A stretch of DNA of 64,000 bases from Candidatus Saccharimonadota bacterium (GTDB taxonomy: Bacteria > Patescibacteriota > Saccharimonadia > UBA4664): assembly GCA_019352195.1 (NCBI GenBank), contig JACAFG010000005.1, positions 27,582 through 91,581 of the forward strand, written 5' to 3'. Below are positions 1 to 8,713 of the stretch, in pieces (the stretch's first letter is position 1; each line of letters opens with the position of its first letter). Under the pieces are notes generated by a model. The model was not told the origin of the DNA and did not search any database. It worked only from the letters and a program-made list of their open reading frames with translations. The position numbers were made by a program, and so were the translations under genes.

Positions 1-671
1 AGACACTTAAGTATCGATGCGTATGAACGAGAGCTAATAGCCACTTGCTGGTTGGTAGCTAGACTGCCAAAAGTAAGGGTAAGGTCCAAACTACGAAATG
101 AGTCGCTTGAGCTATCTATGATGGGAATTATACGATCTTTGATGAGCGACAGAGTCGTATTATCAGAATATTTTAGGGTTATTTGGGCGGCCTGGCGGAG
201 GGTTAATTTGTCACCGATTCTTAAATGAGTTGGATTACCGTACACCGGATCAGCGTCTAGATCGACAGGATTCACAGTGCTTACATTATCGAGGCTTATC
301 TTGCCTTGTTCTGCGAGCTTATATAAATCCATTACAAGCGGAGTTTTGAGAAGTGAGGCAGCCTGCGAAGTGTTGTCATCACCGTCGCGAATGTTTACGC
401 CATTGGGCAGATATTCGAAATAGAGGCTGTGTGACACATTTAGACCGGCCAAATAGAGTTTGAGGTTTTGACGTAATGGATCAAAATTTATGATCTCAGG
501 ATGTGTGGCTGAATCGCTAACGGATGGGTCGAGAAGCGAGTATGGGGCGGCACTAGTCAGGGGCTTCTGAGTAGAAGTCTGATGGTCGTGCCCAAGAATA
601 AAACCACCACCAACCAGCGCGGCCGCTACTAGAGTTGCAGCAAGAGATTTAATAACTGTTGACAGTGCCAT
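1..671 (-). CDS. class A beta-lactamase-fold serine hydrolase (partial; C-terminus runs off window start)
   Basis: Manual minus-strand translation from ATG at 671-669 is open to position 1. It is missing from the ORF track because it is open-ended. N-terminal signal/TM is MALSTVIKSLAATLVAAALVGGGF. An S-x-x-K motif (QAASLLK) and an S-D-N motif (YSDNTT) lie ~60 aa apart, as in class A beta-lactamases/PBP-like enzymes. Confidence 0.55.
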   Translation of the reverse strand, partial: MALSTVIKSLAATLVAAALVGGGFILGHDHQTSTQKPLTSAAPYSLLDPSVSDSATHPEIINFDPLRQNLKLYLAGLNVSHSLYFEYLPNGVNIRDGDDNTSQAASLLKTPLVMDLYKLAEQGKISLDNVSTVNPVDLDADPVYGNPTHLRIGDKLTLRQAAQITLKYSDNTTLSLIKDRIIPIIDSSSDSFRSLDLTLTFGSLATNQQVAISSRSYASILKC

Positions 672-714
672 TGGAAGAAATTATATCAACAAAGCGAGCC
701 AATGGGCTAATTAG

Positions 715-1665
715 CTACTGCGTGACAAAATAGTCGTAGCTAAGAGTTGAGCCGGCGGGAGGGGGAGTGTCGGTATGGACCGTAAAGCCGGTGGCATTGC
801 GGGTAACGTAGGCTGGCGTGCTGGCGGCGGCACTCGTGAGGGGAGTCAGCAACACGTGGGTGGTGGCGGTGTAGGCGGCCCGAAATACTACGGTGATAAT
901 TACGCCGGCCGGCGGGCCTGAACCAATGTTGGCGTTAAAGGTGCCGGACGTGTCATTGCCAGAAATTGAGATCGTTCCGCCACCACCGATGGCCGTACCG
1001 CCGGTACCGGTGGGGACAGTGCCTTGGGTTTGGAGATGGCTAATAATGAGGGCGCCCGTGATCGAAATATTTTTTACCGAAATGCTCGCCGCATTAATAG
1101 CATTAATACTGGCAGTCCCGGCCACGTTGAGGCCGCTGTTGATAGTAACAACATCGTTGACGCTGAGGCTTTTTTGGAGGGTGGTCGTGCCGCCAACCGT
1201 GAGGTTAGACCCGACATTGAGGCCCGTGAGCGCGGTGGTACCGGTAATATTGAGCTGGCTGAGTACGACCGGACCATTGGCATTAAAGCGGCCGGTGACT
1301 GATAAATCACCTCCAATGCCAACATTGCCTTTGAATAAACTATCGGCGCCAATACTAAGGGTTTGACCGGTGCTCCCCAGCGTACCGCCCGCTTGTGATA
1401 ATTTGCTCAGCTCGTCTGGGGTTAGGGTCTGCACGGTTGTCGTTGAGTTACCTGAAGGGGAATTGAAGGCGCGATTGGTAAAGAAGCCACCGACTCCTCC
1501 AAGCACAAGGAGCGTCAGCAATAAAACGGCGACACCCGAGACGGTGTTAGCCCGCGCTTTCATGGCGGCCCATGAGCGCGGATGTTTTGGTTTGGGCGGC
1601 TTTACGGGCCCCGTAGGCGGGGGTGTTACAACGGGCGATCCCGATGATGGTGTTAGTGGCGGCAT
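715..1665 (-). CDS. membrane-anchored Gly/Thr/Asn-rich beta-helix-like repeat surface protein
   Basis: 316-aa ORF. It has a Pro-rich cytoplasmic N-tail, a single TM (VAVLLLTLLVLGGVGGFF), then degenerate ~15-aa G/N/T-rich repeats. The overlapping + strand ORFs 893..1366 and 1024..1302 are taken as spurious. Confidence 0.6.
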   Translation of the reverse strand: MPPLTPSSGSPVVTPPPTGPVKPPKPKHPRSWAAMKARANTVSGVAVLLLTLLVLGGVGGFFTNRAFNSPSGNSTTTVQTLTPDELSKLSQAGGTLGSTGQTLSIGADSLFKGNVGIGGDLSVTGRFNANGPVVLSQLNITGTTALTGLNVGSNLTVGGTTTLQKSLSVNDVVTINSGLNVAGTASINAINAASISVKNISITGALIISHLQTQGTVPTGTGGTAIGGGGTISISGNDTSGTFNANIGSGPPAGVIITVVFRAAYTATTHVLLTPLTSAAASTPAYVTRNATGFTVHTDTPPPAGSTLSYDYFVTQ

Positions 1666-1726
1666 AGCTAGCCATTATTATACTCCAAGCACAAGCACGT
1701 TGCCAAAATTCTTATTTTGGATCAAA

Positions 1727-2515
1727 ATGCCTGATATGACGGTGGTGCGACGTGTTGGGTTTCTGGTGGCGGCTGGGGCATTAAGTCTCTGGCCAGCGGC
1801 GCTGTGGGCCGATGCCACACAGCTTAGTCCCAGTTACAGTATTAATGAAAGCCAAATCGGCGGCATTGGTGATAATGGTAGCCAATCAACCAGCTATAGT
1901 TTTAAGCCCAGCGTGTCCGACGGGGGATCAACGCTTGGAGACAGCTTTACCGGCAACTCCGCTTCAACTATTTATCAAATCAATTCGGGCTTCAACACGG
2001 CGTCCAGCCCAACGCTTAGCTTTAGTGTTACCAGCAGCAGTGTTAACCTCGGCACATTATCAACTTCGGTGGTTCGAACTGGTACGGCGACCTTTAATGT
2101 TAAAAACTATACGTCGTCGGGGTATGTCGTGCAGGTGATCGGAGCGGGGCTTACGAGCGGCTCTCACACGCTGAGCGCATTATCAACCGACACTGCCAGC
2201 TCCCCCGGCACCGAGCAATTTGGTCTTAATACCGTATTTAATACCGTGGCGGGGGTTGGCGCCAACCCGGTGCAAAACCCAGCCGGCTTTGGCTATGGAG
2301 TGGCCGGTGACGGCGCTACCGGTACCTTTGGTACGACGCGTCCTTATACTATCCCCGACAAATACCGGTTCGTGAGTGGCGATACCATTGCTTCGGCACC
2401 CAGTAGTTCGGGCGAAACTGACTATACAACCACATTTATGGCCAACATTAGTAACCTAACTCCCGGAGGAACGTACCAAGGCAATATCATATTTGTTGCC
2501 ACCGGCACGTTTTAA
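1727..2515 (+). CDS. secreted Ser/Thr-rich surface protein, WxL-like family paralog 1
   Basis: The ORF 1370..2515 contains an internal ATG at 1727, followed by signal peptide MPDMTVVRRVGFLVAAGALSLWPAALWA. It carries a conserved SQFG/EQFGLN motif and a C-terminal IIFVATGTF shared with the next three genes. Confidence 0.55.
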   Translation: MPDMTVVRRVGFLVAAGALSLWPAALWADATQLSPSYSINESQIGGIGDNGSQSTSYSFKPSVSDGGSTLGDSFTGNSASTIYQINSGFNTASSPTLSFSVTSSSVNLGTLSTSVVRTGTATFNVKNYTSSGYVVQVIGAGLTSGSHTLSALSTDTASSPGTEQFGLNTVFNTVAGVGANPVQNPAGFGYGVAGDGATGTFGTTRPYTIPDKYRFVSGDTIASAPSSSGETDYTTTFMANISNLTPGGTYQGNIIFVATGTF

Positions 2516-2623
2516 ACAGTTGTCCAAGCTATAAGTTTGGTAGTGTTGTAAAGATAGCTTGACCCAGTCATTCCGCTTATGTTAATTTGTTTACATAAAG
2601 GGTAAGGGTTAAAAAGGGAAAAT

Positions 2624-3784
2624 ATGTTACTCAAGTATATTAAATATGAGCTCGAACGGCTTCATGTCGGCGTCTGGCTCGGAGTTGCTGCAGTAGCCGC
2701 ATCGCTGCTCGTTCCAATGACTGCTAGCGCAGCCGGACAAATTACAACCAGGAGTGTTACGCCGAGTACCTCTGCAGGGGCAGCAACTGGTGTTACCTAC
2801 ACCTCAACGTTCACGCTCGCAACTTCGGCTCAGACACTCGGATCCATTAAGGTTGAAATCTGCGACTCACCGCTAGCCACTACGGCTTGTTCGGCGAGTT
2901 CAACCAGCGGTGTTAATTCAAACGGTGCATCATTTAGCTCTGCCACGCTAACCAGCTTGACTGGTGCCGGTGGTGGTGCTTTTTCTGCCAGCACTAAGAC
3001 CGGTGCTTCAACGTCTGGTACCTCGTTTATCTTCACTCGTTCGGCGAGCGCTGTAACGGGTACGCCAACCTTGGTTTTAACAATTGGTAACGTTACCAAC
3101 CCAACGGGTGTTAACCAAGCCTATTACTTCCGTATCTCAACCTACTCAGATACAGCGGCTACAACGCCTAGCTACCCTGGTACCGACTTCGGTGCAGTAG
3201 CCATGGATACTACGCAAAGCGTTACTGTTAATGCTAACGTGCAAGAATCTTTGACCTTCTGCGTTGGCACGGTTGCCACGCCTGCCAACTGTGCGGCTGA
3301 GACTGGTTCGACAGTTAACATTGGTACCGGTACGGACAACATCCTGTCAACTTCACCTTCAGGTGGTATTTCGACGATGCTCGCTTCTACCAACGCTTCG
3401 TCCGGATACGCGATAACCTACACGGCCGGCAACTTAAGTTCTTCCAGTGACACCATTACCGCTATCAACGGTGGTTCCGGCACGAAGCTAGCCCTGCCTG
3501 GTGCTGGTACAGCCGCCTTTGGCATCAACCTCATGAGCAACACAGCTCCAAGTATTACCAACTCGGCAGCTGTTGCTGGTTCGGGTACCGGTGTTGCTAG
3601 TACGAACTATGCCACCACCAACCAGTTTGCCTTTGTTCCGGCTACTGCAACCACCATGGCGTCGGCCGCTGGCCCAACCGTATCAAACACTTACACGGTT
3701 TCTTACGCGGCTCAAGCTGGTGCTACTACCAAGCCTGGTGCGTTTACGACGACCTTTAATTACATTGCGACCGGCACGTTCTAA
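2624..3784 (+). CDS. secreted Ser/Thr-rich surface protein, WxL-like family paralog 2
   Basis: 386-aa ORF with signal peptide ending ASAAG. It has an AFGINL motif and a C-terminal FNYIATGTF. AAGGGA lies upstream of the ATG. Confidence 0.7.
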   Translation: MLLKYIKYELERLHVGVWLGVAAVAASLLVPMTASAAGQITTRSVTPSTSAGAATGVTYTSTFTLATSAQTLGSIKVEICDSPLATTACSASSTSGVNSNGASFSSATLTSLTGAGGGAFSASTKTGASTSGTSFIFTRSASAVTGTPTLVLTIGNVTNPTGVNQAYYFRISTYSDTAATTPSYPGTDFGAVAMDTTQSVTVNANVQESLTFCVGTVATPANCAAETGSTVNIGTGTDNILSTSPSGGISTMLASTNASSGYAITYTAGNLSSSSDTITAINGGSGTKLALPGAGTAAFGINLMSNTAPSITNSAAVAGSGTGVASTNYATTNQFAFVPATATTMASAAGPTVSNTYTVSYAAQAGATTKPGAFTTTFNYIATGTF

Positions 3785-3854
3785 GGACGTCCGGCCGACG
3801 GGTCGGCCGGCATAGATGATCCCGATATTACGACCCCCCTTAAACCCCAACTCG

Positions 3855-4907
3855 ATGAAAATCAAACGCTTTATAGAACAACTCGCACTCGTTGCACTCG
3901 CCGCTTCTGCGGTGGGGGTGACGGGTGCGAATGCTGCTGGCGGGATTACTTCGCGAAGTGATCTGATGGGTTCTGCCGCGGCCAGCGCGACCACGACCCA
4001 CCAGATTTCATTCACGACTGCGAGTTCGGCGAGCATTGGTTCGGTTAGCTTTACCTACTGTACGACGGCGTATTCTGCCTGTGTCGTTCCTGCCGGACTG
4101 AGCACGACTACGGCTAGTCTGAGCTCGCAAAGCGGTACCGGCGGCACCGGGTTTAGCATTGTGAACGGTACTAATGGTGCGCCCTACGTTACTCGTTCGT
4201 CTTCGGCCATTGGCAGTAGCGTGGCTCTAAGCTATACCCTCAGCGGTGTGGTTAACCCTAGCAGTACTAACACGGAGTTTTACGTTCGCGTCGCCACCTA
4301 TACGGGTACCGATGGGGCTACCGGAGTAGTAGATAACGGTGTCATCGCTATCTCCACTTCGCAAGAGATTACCGTCACGGGGACGATGCCCGAAAGTTTG
4401 GTATTTTGTGTCGGGACCGCAGGCACAGACTGCACTAATATGACCGGGTCGGCGGTTGGGCTGGGTATTTTCTCGCCGGCGGTCGCTTCGACTGGTACGA
4501 GTGTCATGAGCGCTTCAACGAACGCTTCGTTTGGTTACGCCATCACGATTACCGGTACTACGATGCAAAGCGGCGCTAATACGCTGCCGGCGATGGGAAC
4601 ACAAACGCAAAACTCCAGTAATAATGCGGCCTCGGCTACCGGATCGAGTCAGTTTGGGACTAATGTTCGCGCTAATACCACTCCGGCCGTGGGTAGTGAT
4701 GTTTCGGGATCTGGTACTGCTGTTGGCCAAGGTGGCTATAACACCGTCAATGGCTTCCGATTTATGAGCGGCGACATTGTGGCGGGAGTTGCGGGGCCGA
4801 CTAATGCCAACTTGTTTACGAATACCTATCTCGTAAACGTTGGCGGCAACCAAGCGGCCGGCGTATATACCTCAACCTTTACTTACATTTGTACGGCGAC
4901 GTTTTAA
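3855..4907 (+). CDS. secreted Ser/Thr-rich surface protein, WxL-like family paralog 3
   Basis: Internal start MKIKRF... with signal peptide ending ANAAG. It has an SSQFGTN motif and a C-terminal FTYICTATF. It is a clear paralog of the 4907..5947 gene. Confidence 0.7.
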   Translation: MKIKRFIEQLALVALAASAVGVTGANAAGGITSRSDLMGSAAASATTTHQISFTTASSASIGSVSFTYCTTAYSACVVPAGLSTTTASLSSQSGTGGTGFSIVNGTNGAPYVTRSSSAIGSSVALSYTLSGVVNPSSTNTEFYVRVATYTGTDGATGVVDNGVIAISTSQEITVTGTMPESLVFCVGTAGTDCTNMTGSAVGLGIFSPAVASTGTSVMSASTNASFGYAITITGTTMQSGANTLPAMGTQTQNSSNNAASATGSSQFGTNVRANTTPAVGSDVSGSGTAVGQGGYNTVNGFRFMSGDIVAGVAGPTNANLFTNTYLVNVGGNQAAGVYTSTFTYICTATF

Positions 4908-5947
4908 TGACGACGAATATGTTTCATTCACGCATTCGTAACAAACTGGTAGCTGCGGCGGCCGCGTTAATCGTATTCTCGCCGCTCACGGCCGACGCGG
5001 CGGGGTTAACGGCGCGCTCCGATGTTATGGGAACGTCGGAGGCCGGTATCAGCACCACACACATTATTTCGATGACAACGGCCACCGCGGCCAGTATTGG
5101 TTCAATTGGCTTTTTGATGTGCACTACTTCGTCCGGTGCGTGTACCGTACCTTCAGGACTGGTAACTATCAGTGCTACGTTGTCAGCCCAGAGTGGCACC
5201 GGTGGGACCGGGTTTACACTGAACGCAACCACCAACGGTGCGCCCTATATAACCCGCACGGCAGCGGCCATTGCGGCTAGTGTTCCGCTTAGCTATACAT
5301 TGTCGAACGTTACTAACCCAACCGCTACTGATACCACGTTTTATATCCGTATTACGACCTATACCGGCTCGGACGGAGCAACCGGCGCCACTGATACCGG
5401 CCAGATTGCCGCTTCAACCGCGACGCCAATTCAGCTGACCGGGGTAACCCCGCCAATTTTGGTATTTTGCGTCGGTACGAGTATCCCGACCGACTGTACG
5501 AGTGCCACGGGGAATACCATCGACTTCGGTGATTTCTCGCCGGCTAGCACCAACATCGGAACCAGCGTGATGCAGGCGCAAACCAACGCGGCTAACGGCT
5601 ATACCATAACCGTAAACGGCACCACGCTGTCGTCCGGTACCAATACGATAACCGCTATGAGCGGCGCTGCTAGCACCACCGGATCGAGTCAGTTTGGCCT
5701 TAACTTACGGGTAAATACCGCGCCGGCGGTGGGCGCCGATGTTACCGGACCGGGAAGTGGGGTGCCAGTGTTCAACTACGCGAGTGCCAATAACTATCGT
5801 TTTAATACGGGCGATGTGGTGGCTTCGGCAGCGCTGCCCACGAACGCTAATACCTTTACGACCAGCTATATTGTGAACATTGGCGGAGCTCAGGCGGCGG
5901 GTGTATATACCGCCACCATGACCTACATCTGTACGGCTAGTTTCTAA
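4907..5947 (+). CDS. secreted Ser/Thr-rich surface protein, WxL-like family paralog 4
   Basis: Its ATG overlaps the previous stop (TAATG). Signal peptide ends ADAAG. It has an SSQFGLN motif and a C-terminal MTYICTASF. Confidence 0.7.
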   Translation: MTTNMFHSRIRNKLVAAAAALIVFSPLTADAAGLTARSDVMGTSEAGISTTHIISMTTATAASIGSIGFLMCTTSSGACTVPSGLVTISATLSAQSGTGGTGFTLNATTNGAPYITRTAAAIAASVPLSYTLSNVTNPTATDTTFYIRITTYTGSDGATGATDTGQIAASTATPIQLTGVTPPILVFCVGTSIPTDCTSATGNTIDFGDFSPASTNIGTSVMQAQTNAANGYTITVNGTTLSSGTNTITAMSGAASTTGSSQFGLNLRVNTAPAVGADVTGPGSGVPVFNYASANNYRFNTGDVVASAALPTNANTFTTSYIVNIGGAQAAGVYTATMTYICTASF

Positions 5948-5980
5948 TAATCCGCTAAGGACCAACTTAACCGTGACTGA

Positions 5981-7069
5981 GTGAGTATGAAAATCTTAGT
6001 AGTCAAGGTGCGTCTATCCAAAGATGTTACTTATGCTATACTGGCTTTAATGAAGCGGTGGACGATTGGTTTTGTGGTAGCTATGGTTGCTGTTGCGGCA
6101 CCTTGGGCGGCGGCGTTAGCCGCGACGCCTGTGGCGTCGCCAGCTGCCGCTACGGCTAATCCCGGCCAAGGCCTCGAGATCTCGCCGCCGGTGCTCGAAC
6201 TTAACGCTGATCCAGGTCAAACGGTAACGGCGGTGATTCGCGTTCGCAACGTGAGCTCGGGAACGTTGGTTGCGACTGGTAAGGCCGACGACTTTGGCGC
6301 TTCCGGTGAAGACGGTAAGCCGAAGCTGCTGCTGGATGAAACCTCGGCGACGCGCTATTCGCTCAAGTTTTGGGTTGCATCGGTACCAACGTTAATTTTG
6401 GCGACCCAAGAGTTGAAGACTGCCACTGTGCAAATTGTGGTCCCAAAGGACGCTGAGCCGGGTGGTCACTATGGGGTAATTCGCTTTACGGGTACGCCGC
6501 CAAACTTGCAGGGAACCGGAGTATCGCTCTCGGCTAGTGTTGGCACATTAGTATTGCTGCGCGTGAGCGGCGCCATCACCGACAGCGTGAAAGTAGCTAG
6601 CTTTACCACCAATCAAGCGGCAGTCCCGGCCGATGCTAGCCATAAGGCCCAGCCAGCCGGCCTGACCTCGAGTTTCTTTGAGCATGGACCAATTAACTTC
6701 GTACTGCGCATTCAAAATGACGGTACGGTGCACGAGCAGGTGAAGGGCAACATTGTTGTTAAGAACACCTTCGGCAAAACGGTCGCTACTGTTACCGTTA
6801 ATCCCGACGGCGGCAATGTACTCCCCGGGACGATTCGCCGCTTTGAGCAGAGTATGGCCAACAAGCGTATGTTTGGCTACTATAAGGCAACCTTTACCGG
6901 CAGCTACCTCGACGACAACCACAAGCTGGCTTCAACCGTTAGCTTTTGGGTCATTCCGTGGAAACTCATACTCCTCATTATCCTTGGCATTGCGATCTTA
7001 ATCTGGCTGCTGCGCCTGGCCTTCCGTCGCTATAACGCCTTTATTATTGCCCAGGCTCGCAAGCGCTAG
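5981..7069 (+). CDS. DUF916/DUF3324-like (CscA-like) cell-surface protein with C-terminal membrane anchor
   Basis: It has an N-terminal signal sequence. A motif GLEISPPVLELNADPGQTVTAVIRVRNVS follows, typical of DUF916 Ig-like domains. The C-terminus has a TM plus basic tail (WKLILLIILGIAILIWLLRLAFRRYNAFIIAQARKR). The true start may be the internal Met at ~6050. Confidence 0.6.
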   Translation: MSMKILVVKVRLSKDVTYAILALMKRWTIGFVVAMVAVAAPWAAALAATPVASPAAATANPGQGLEISPPVLELNADPGQTVTAVIRVRNVSSGTLVATGKADDFGASGEDGKPKLLLDETSATRYSLKFWVASVPTLILATQELKTATVQIVVPKDAEPGGHYGVIRFTGTPPNLQGTGVSLSASVGTLVLLRVSGAITDSVKVASFTTNQAAVPADASHKAQPAGLTSSFFEHGPINFVLRIQNDGTVHEQVKGNIVVKNTFGKTVATVTVNPDGGNVLPGTIRRFEQSMANKRMFGYYKATFTGSYLDDNHKLASTVSFWVIPWKLILLIILGIAILIWLLRLAFRRYNAFIIAQARKR

Positions 7070-7128
7070 GCGGATAAGCTAGCGACAGATATATTACGCT
7101 TATGCTACACTAGTGCCATGATATTCAC

Positions 7129-8064
7129 GTGCTATCCATGCTAGGCGCTGAACATAATTTGCGTCTGCGAGCGCATTCGCATACTTCGTATCCTGGCTTG
7201 TTATTTGCCTTGTTACTCACTGGTGTAATCGTATTGGGTGCCAGCATTGGCGCCCAGGGAGCGGTGCAAAATCCGCAATCGGGATCGGTTGGGCTTACCG
7301 GCACCGTGCCGGGTCCGGCGCCAACCCAGCCCGGCGTTATTACGAGCCCGAGTTCGGGCAGTCATACTACGTCGAGTCCTATTACCGTGGCAGGGACGTG
7401 TCCGGCCAATACTTTTGTCTTCATCGAGAAAAATGGCGTCCTCGCCGGGCAAGCCGCTTGCAACGGCGGTAGCTTTAGCCTGCAGGCCGACTTGTTTGCT
7501 GGTTCAAATCAGCTGGTGGCGCGCGTCGTGGACGGACTTGGCCAATACGGGCCTGATTCTGCCGCTATTACCGTGGTATACGATCAGCCCACCTCGCAAA
7601 CGGCAGGTATTGCCGTAGGACGCCAACTCTTCATTGAGAGCGGTGCTACCGTCGTCGCCGGTGAACCAAATACGGCTCTAGCGCGCGAGGTAAGGATTGT
7701 GGGTGGTACCGCGCCTTATGCGGTGTCGTGGGACTTCGGTGATGGTTCAAATAGCCTTATGACCGTAGCAGTTGAGGGCCCGGTGAGCGCGCTCCATACG
7801 TATACCTCGCCGGGAACGTATCAAGTGCTGGTTCGGGTTACCGATTCATTGCAAAATGCGGCGTTTATCCAATTGATTACGGTGGTAAATGGCCCGATAG
7901 CAGCGGTAACGGGAAGTAGTACCCAATCGGAGCTACCCGGTTCGCTGGTGGCCGCGTGGCCATTATTAGGTCTGGCAATATTTCTTGTGGGCGCGTTTTG
8001 GTTGGGTGAGCGGCGTGCTATGCACCGTCAGATGCTGCGTGATCGTTTGCGGCCTGTAGTGTAA
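7129..8064 (+). CDS. PKD-domain membrane protein
   Basis: It has an N-terminal TM. A PKD signature is present (YAVSWDFGDGS...HTYTSPGTYQVLVRVTD). A C-terminal TM is followed by a basic tail. Confidence 0.65.
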   Translation: MLSMLGAEHNLRLRAHSHTSYPGLLFALLLTGVIVLGASIGAQGAVQNPQSGSVGLTGTVPGPAPTQPGVITSPSSGSHTTSSPITVAGTCPANTFVFIEKNGVLAGQAACNGGSFSLQADLFAGSNQLVARVVDGLGQYGPDSAAITVVYDQPTSQTAGIAVGRQLFIESGATVVAGEPNTALAREVRIVGGTAPYAVSWDFGDGSNSLMTVAVEGPVSALHTYTSPGTYQVLVRVTDSLQNAAFIQLITVVNGPIAAVTGSSTQSELPGSLVAAWPLLGLAIFLVGAFWLGERRAMHRQMLRDRLRPVV

Positions 8065-8591
8065 TTCGGCTGTTCATATAGTCAGCGATGGGGCATAGGA
8101 CGGAGCTATCGACACCAATTCAAAAAATTAAAATGTCATAAGCAGCAATCTTGTCAATATCTAAATCTGAATTATCATTCAACATAATGAGCAAAAATCA
8201 ATATAAATTGTGTAGCATTTTTTTACAACTATATTGAGTTCGGCAATTTAATCTTAATTTTCATGTTGTAAATTGTGCTTTTGCAAAGTATATAAACGCT
8301 TGTAATTGAATTCTGTTTTGAGGAAGTTGCTATTTAATGCATTAAGAGTACTCCAATTGTAGGGCCTAAGTATTTCACCGTCTCCATGATTTTATAGCAA
8401 CATAATTGTTTGATTATTTCAAAGTCTATTATTAGGGTACTCATGCCACGCCTGTGTAAAAAACTCACATAAAGGCTTGGTTCTTGTTTGGGAGTGTGTT
8501 TGTTACGCGTAGATGCGGCTACATATGGGCATAAAATGTGGGGCAAAATGGGGTAGTGATAAATTGCTTAGCAAAGGCATTAAAATCGCCT

Positions 8592-8667
8592 ATATGGCTT
8601 GTGTTTTCAGATATGGCTTGTGTTTTTAGATAATGCTTGTGTTTTCAGATATGGCTTGTGTTTTCAG
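8592..8667 (+). repeat. 4 tandem copies of a 19-bp unit ATATGGCTTGTGTTTTCAG
   Basis: Direct reading gives units at 8592-8610, 8611-8629, 8630-8648 and 8649-8667, with 1-2 nt variation. They sit inside an AT-rich ~600-nt intergenic region (8065-8683). The last unit supplies the -35 of the downstream promoter. Confidence 0.8.
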
Positions 8668-8684
8668 ATAAAAACGCTTATGAT
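8656..8684 (+). promoter_or_regulatory. sigma70-like promoter TTGTGT-17-TATGAT of the giant surface-protein gene
   Basis: -35 TTGTGT 8656-8661, 17-nt spacer, -10 TATGAT 8679-8684. The same promoter with the same AAACGCTTATGATT spacer/-10 recurs at 14886-14914. Downstream is GGAGA-3nt-GTG. Confidence 0.5.
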
Positions 8685-8713
8685 TGGAACAGTATTTTTG
8701 TGTTTGGAGACCT

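Noticed and set aside
8592-8667. CRISPR array
   Set aside because: Four 19-bp direct repeats are immediately adjacent with no spacers, so this is a simple tandem repeat.
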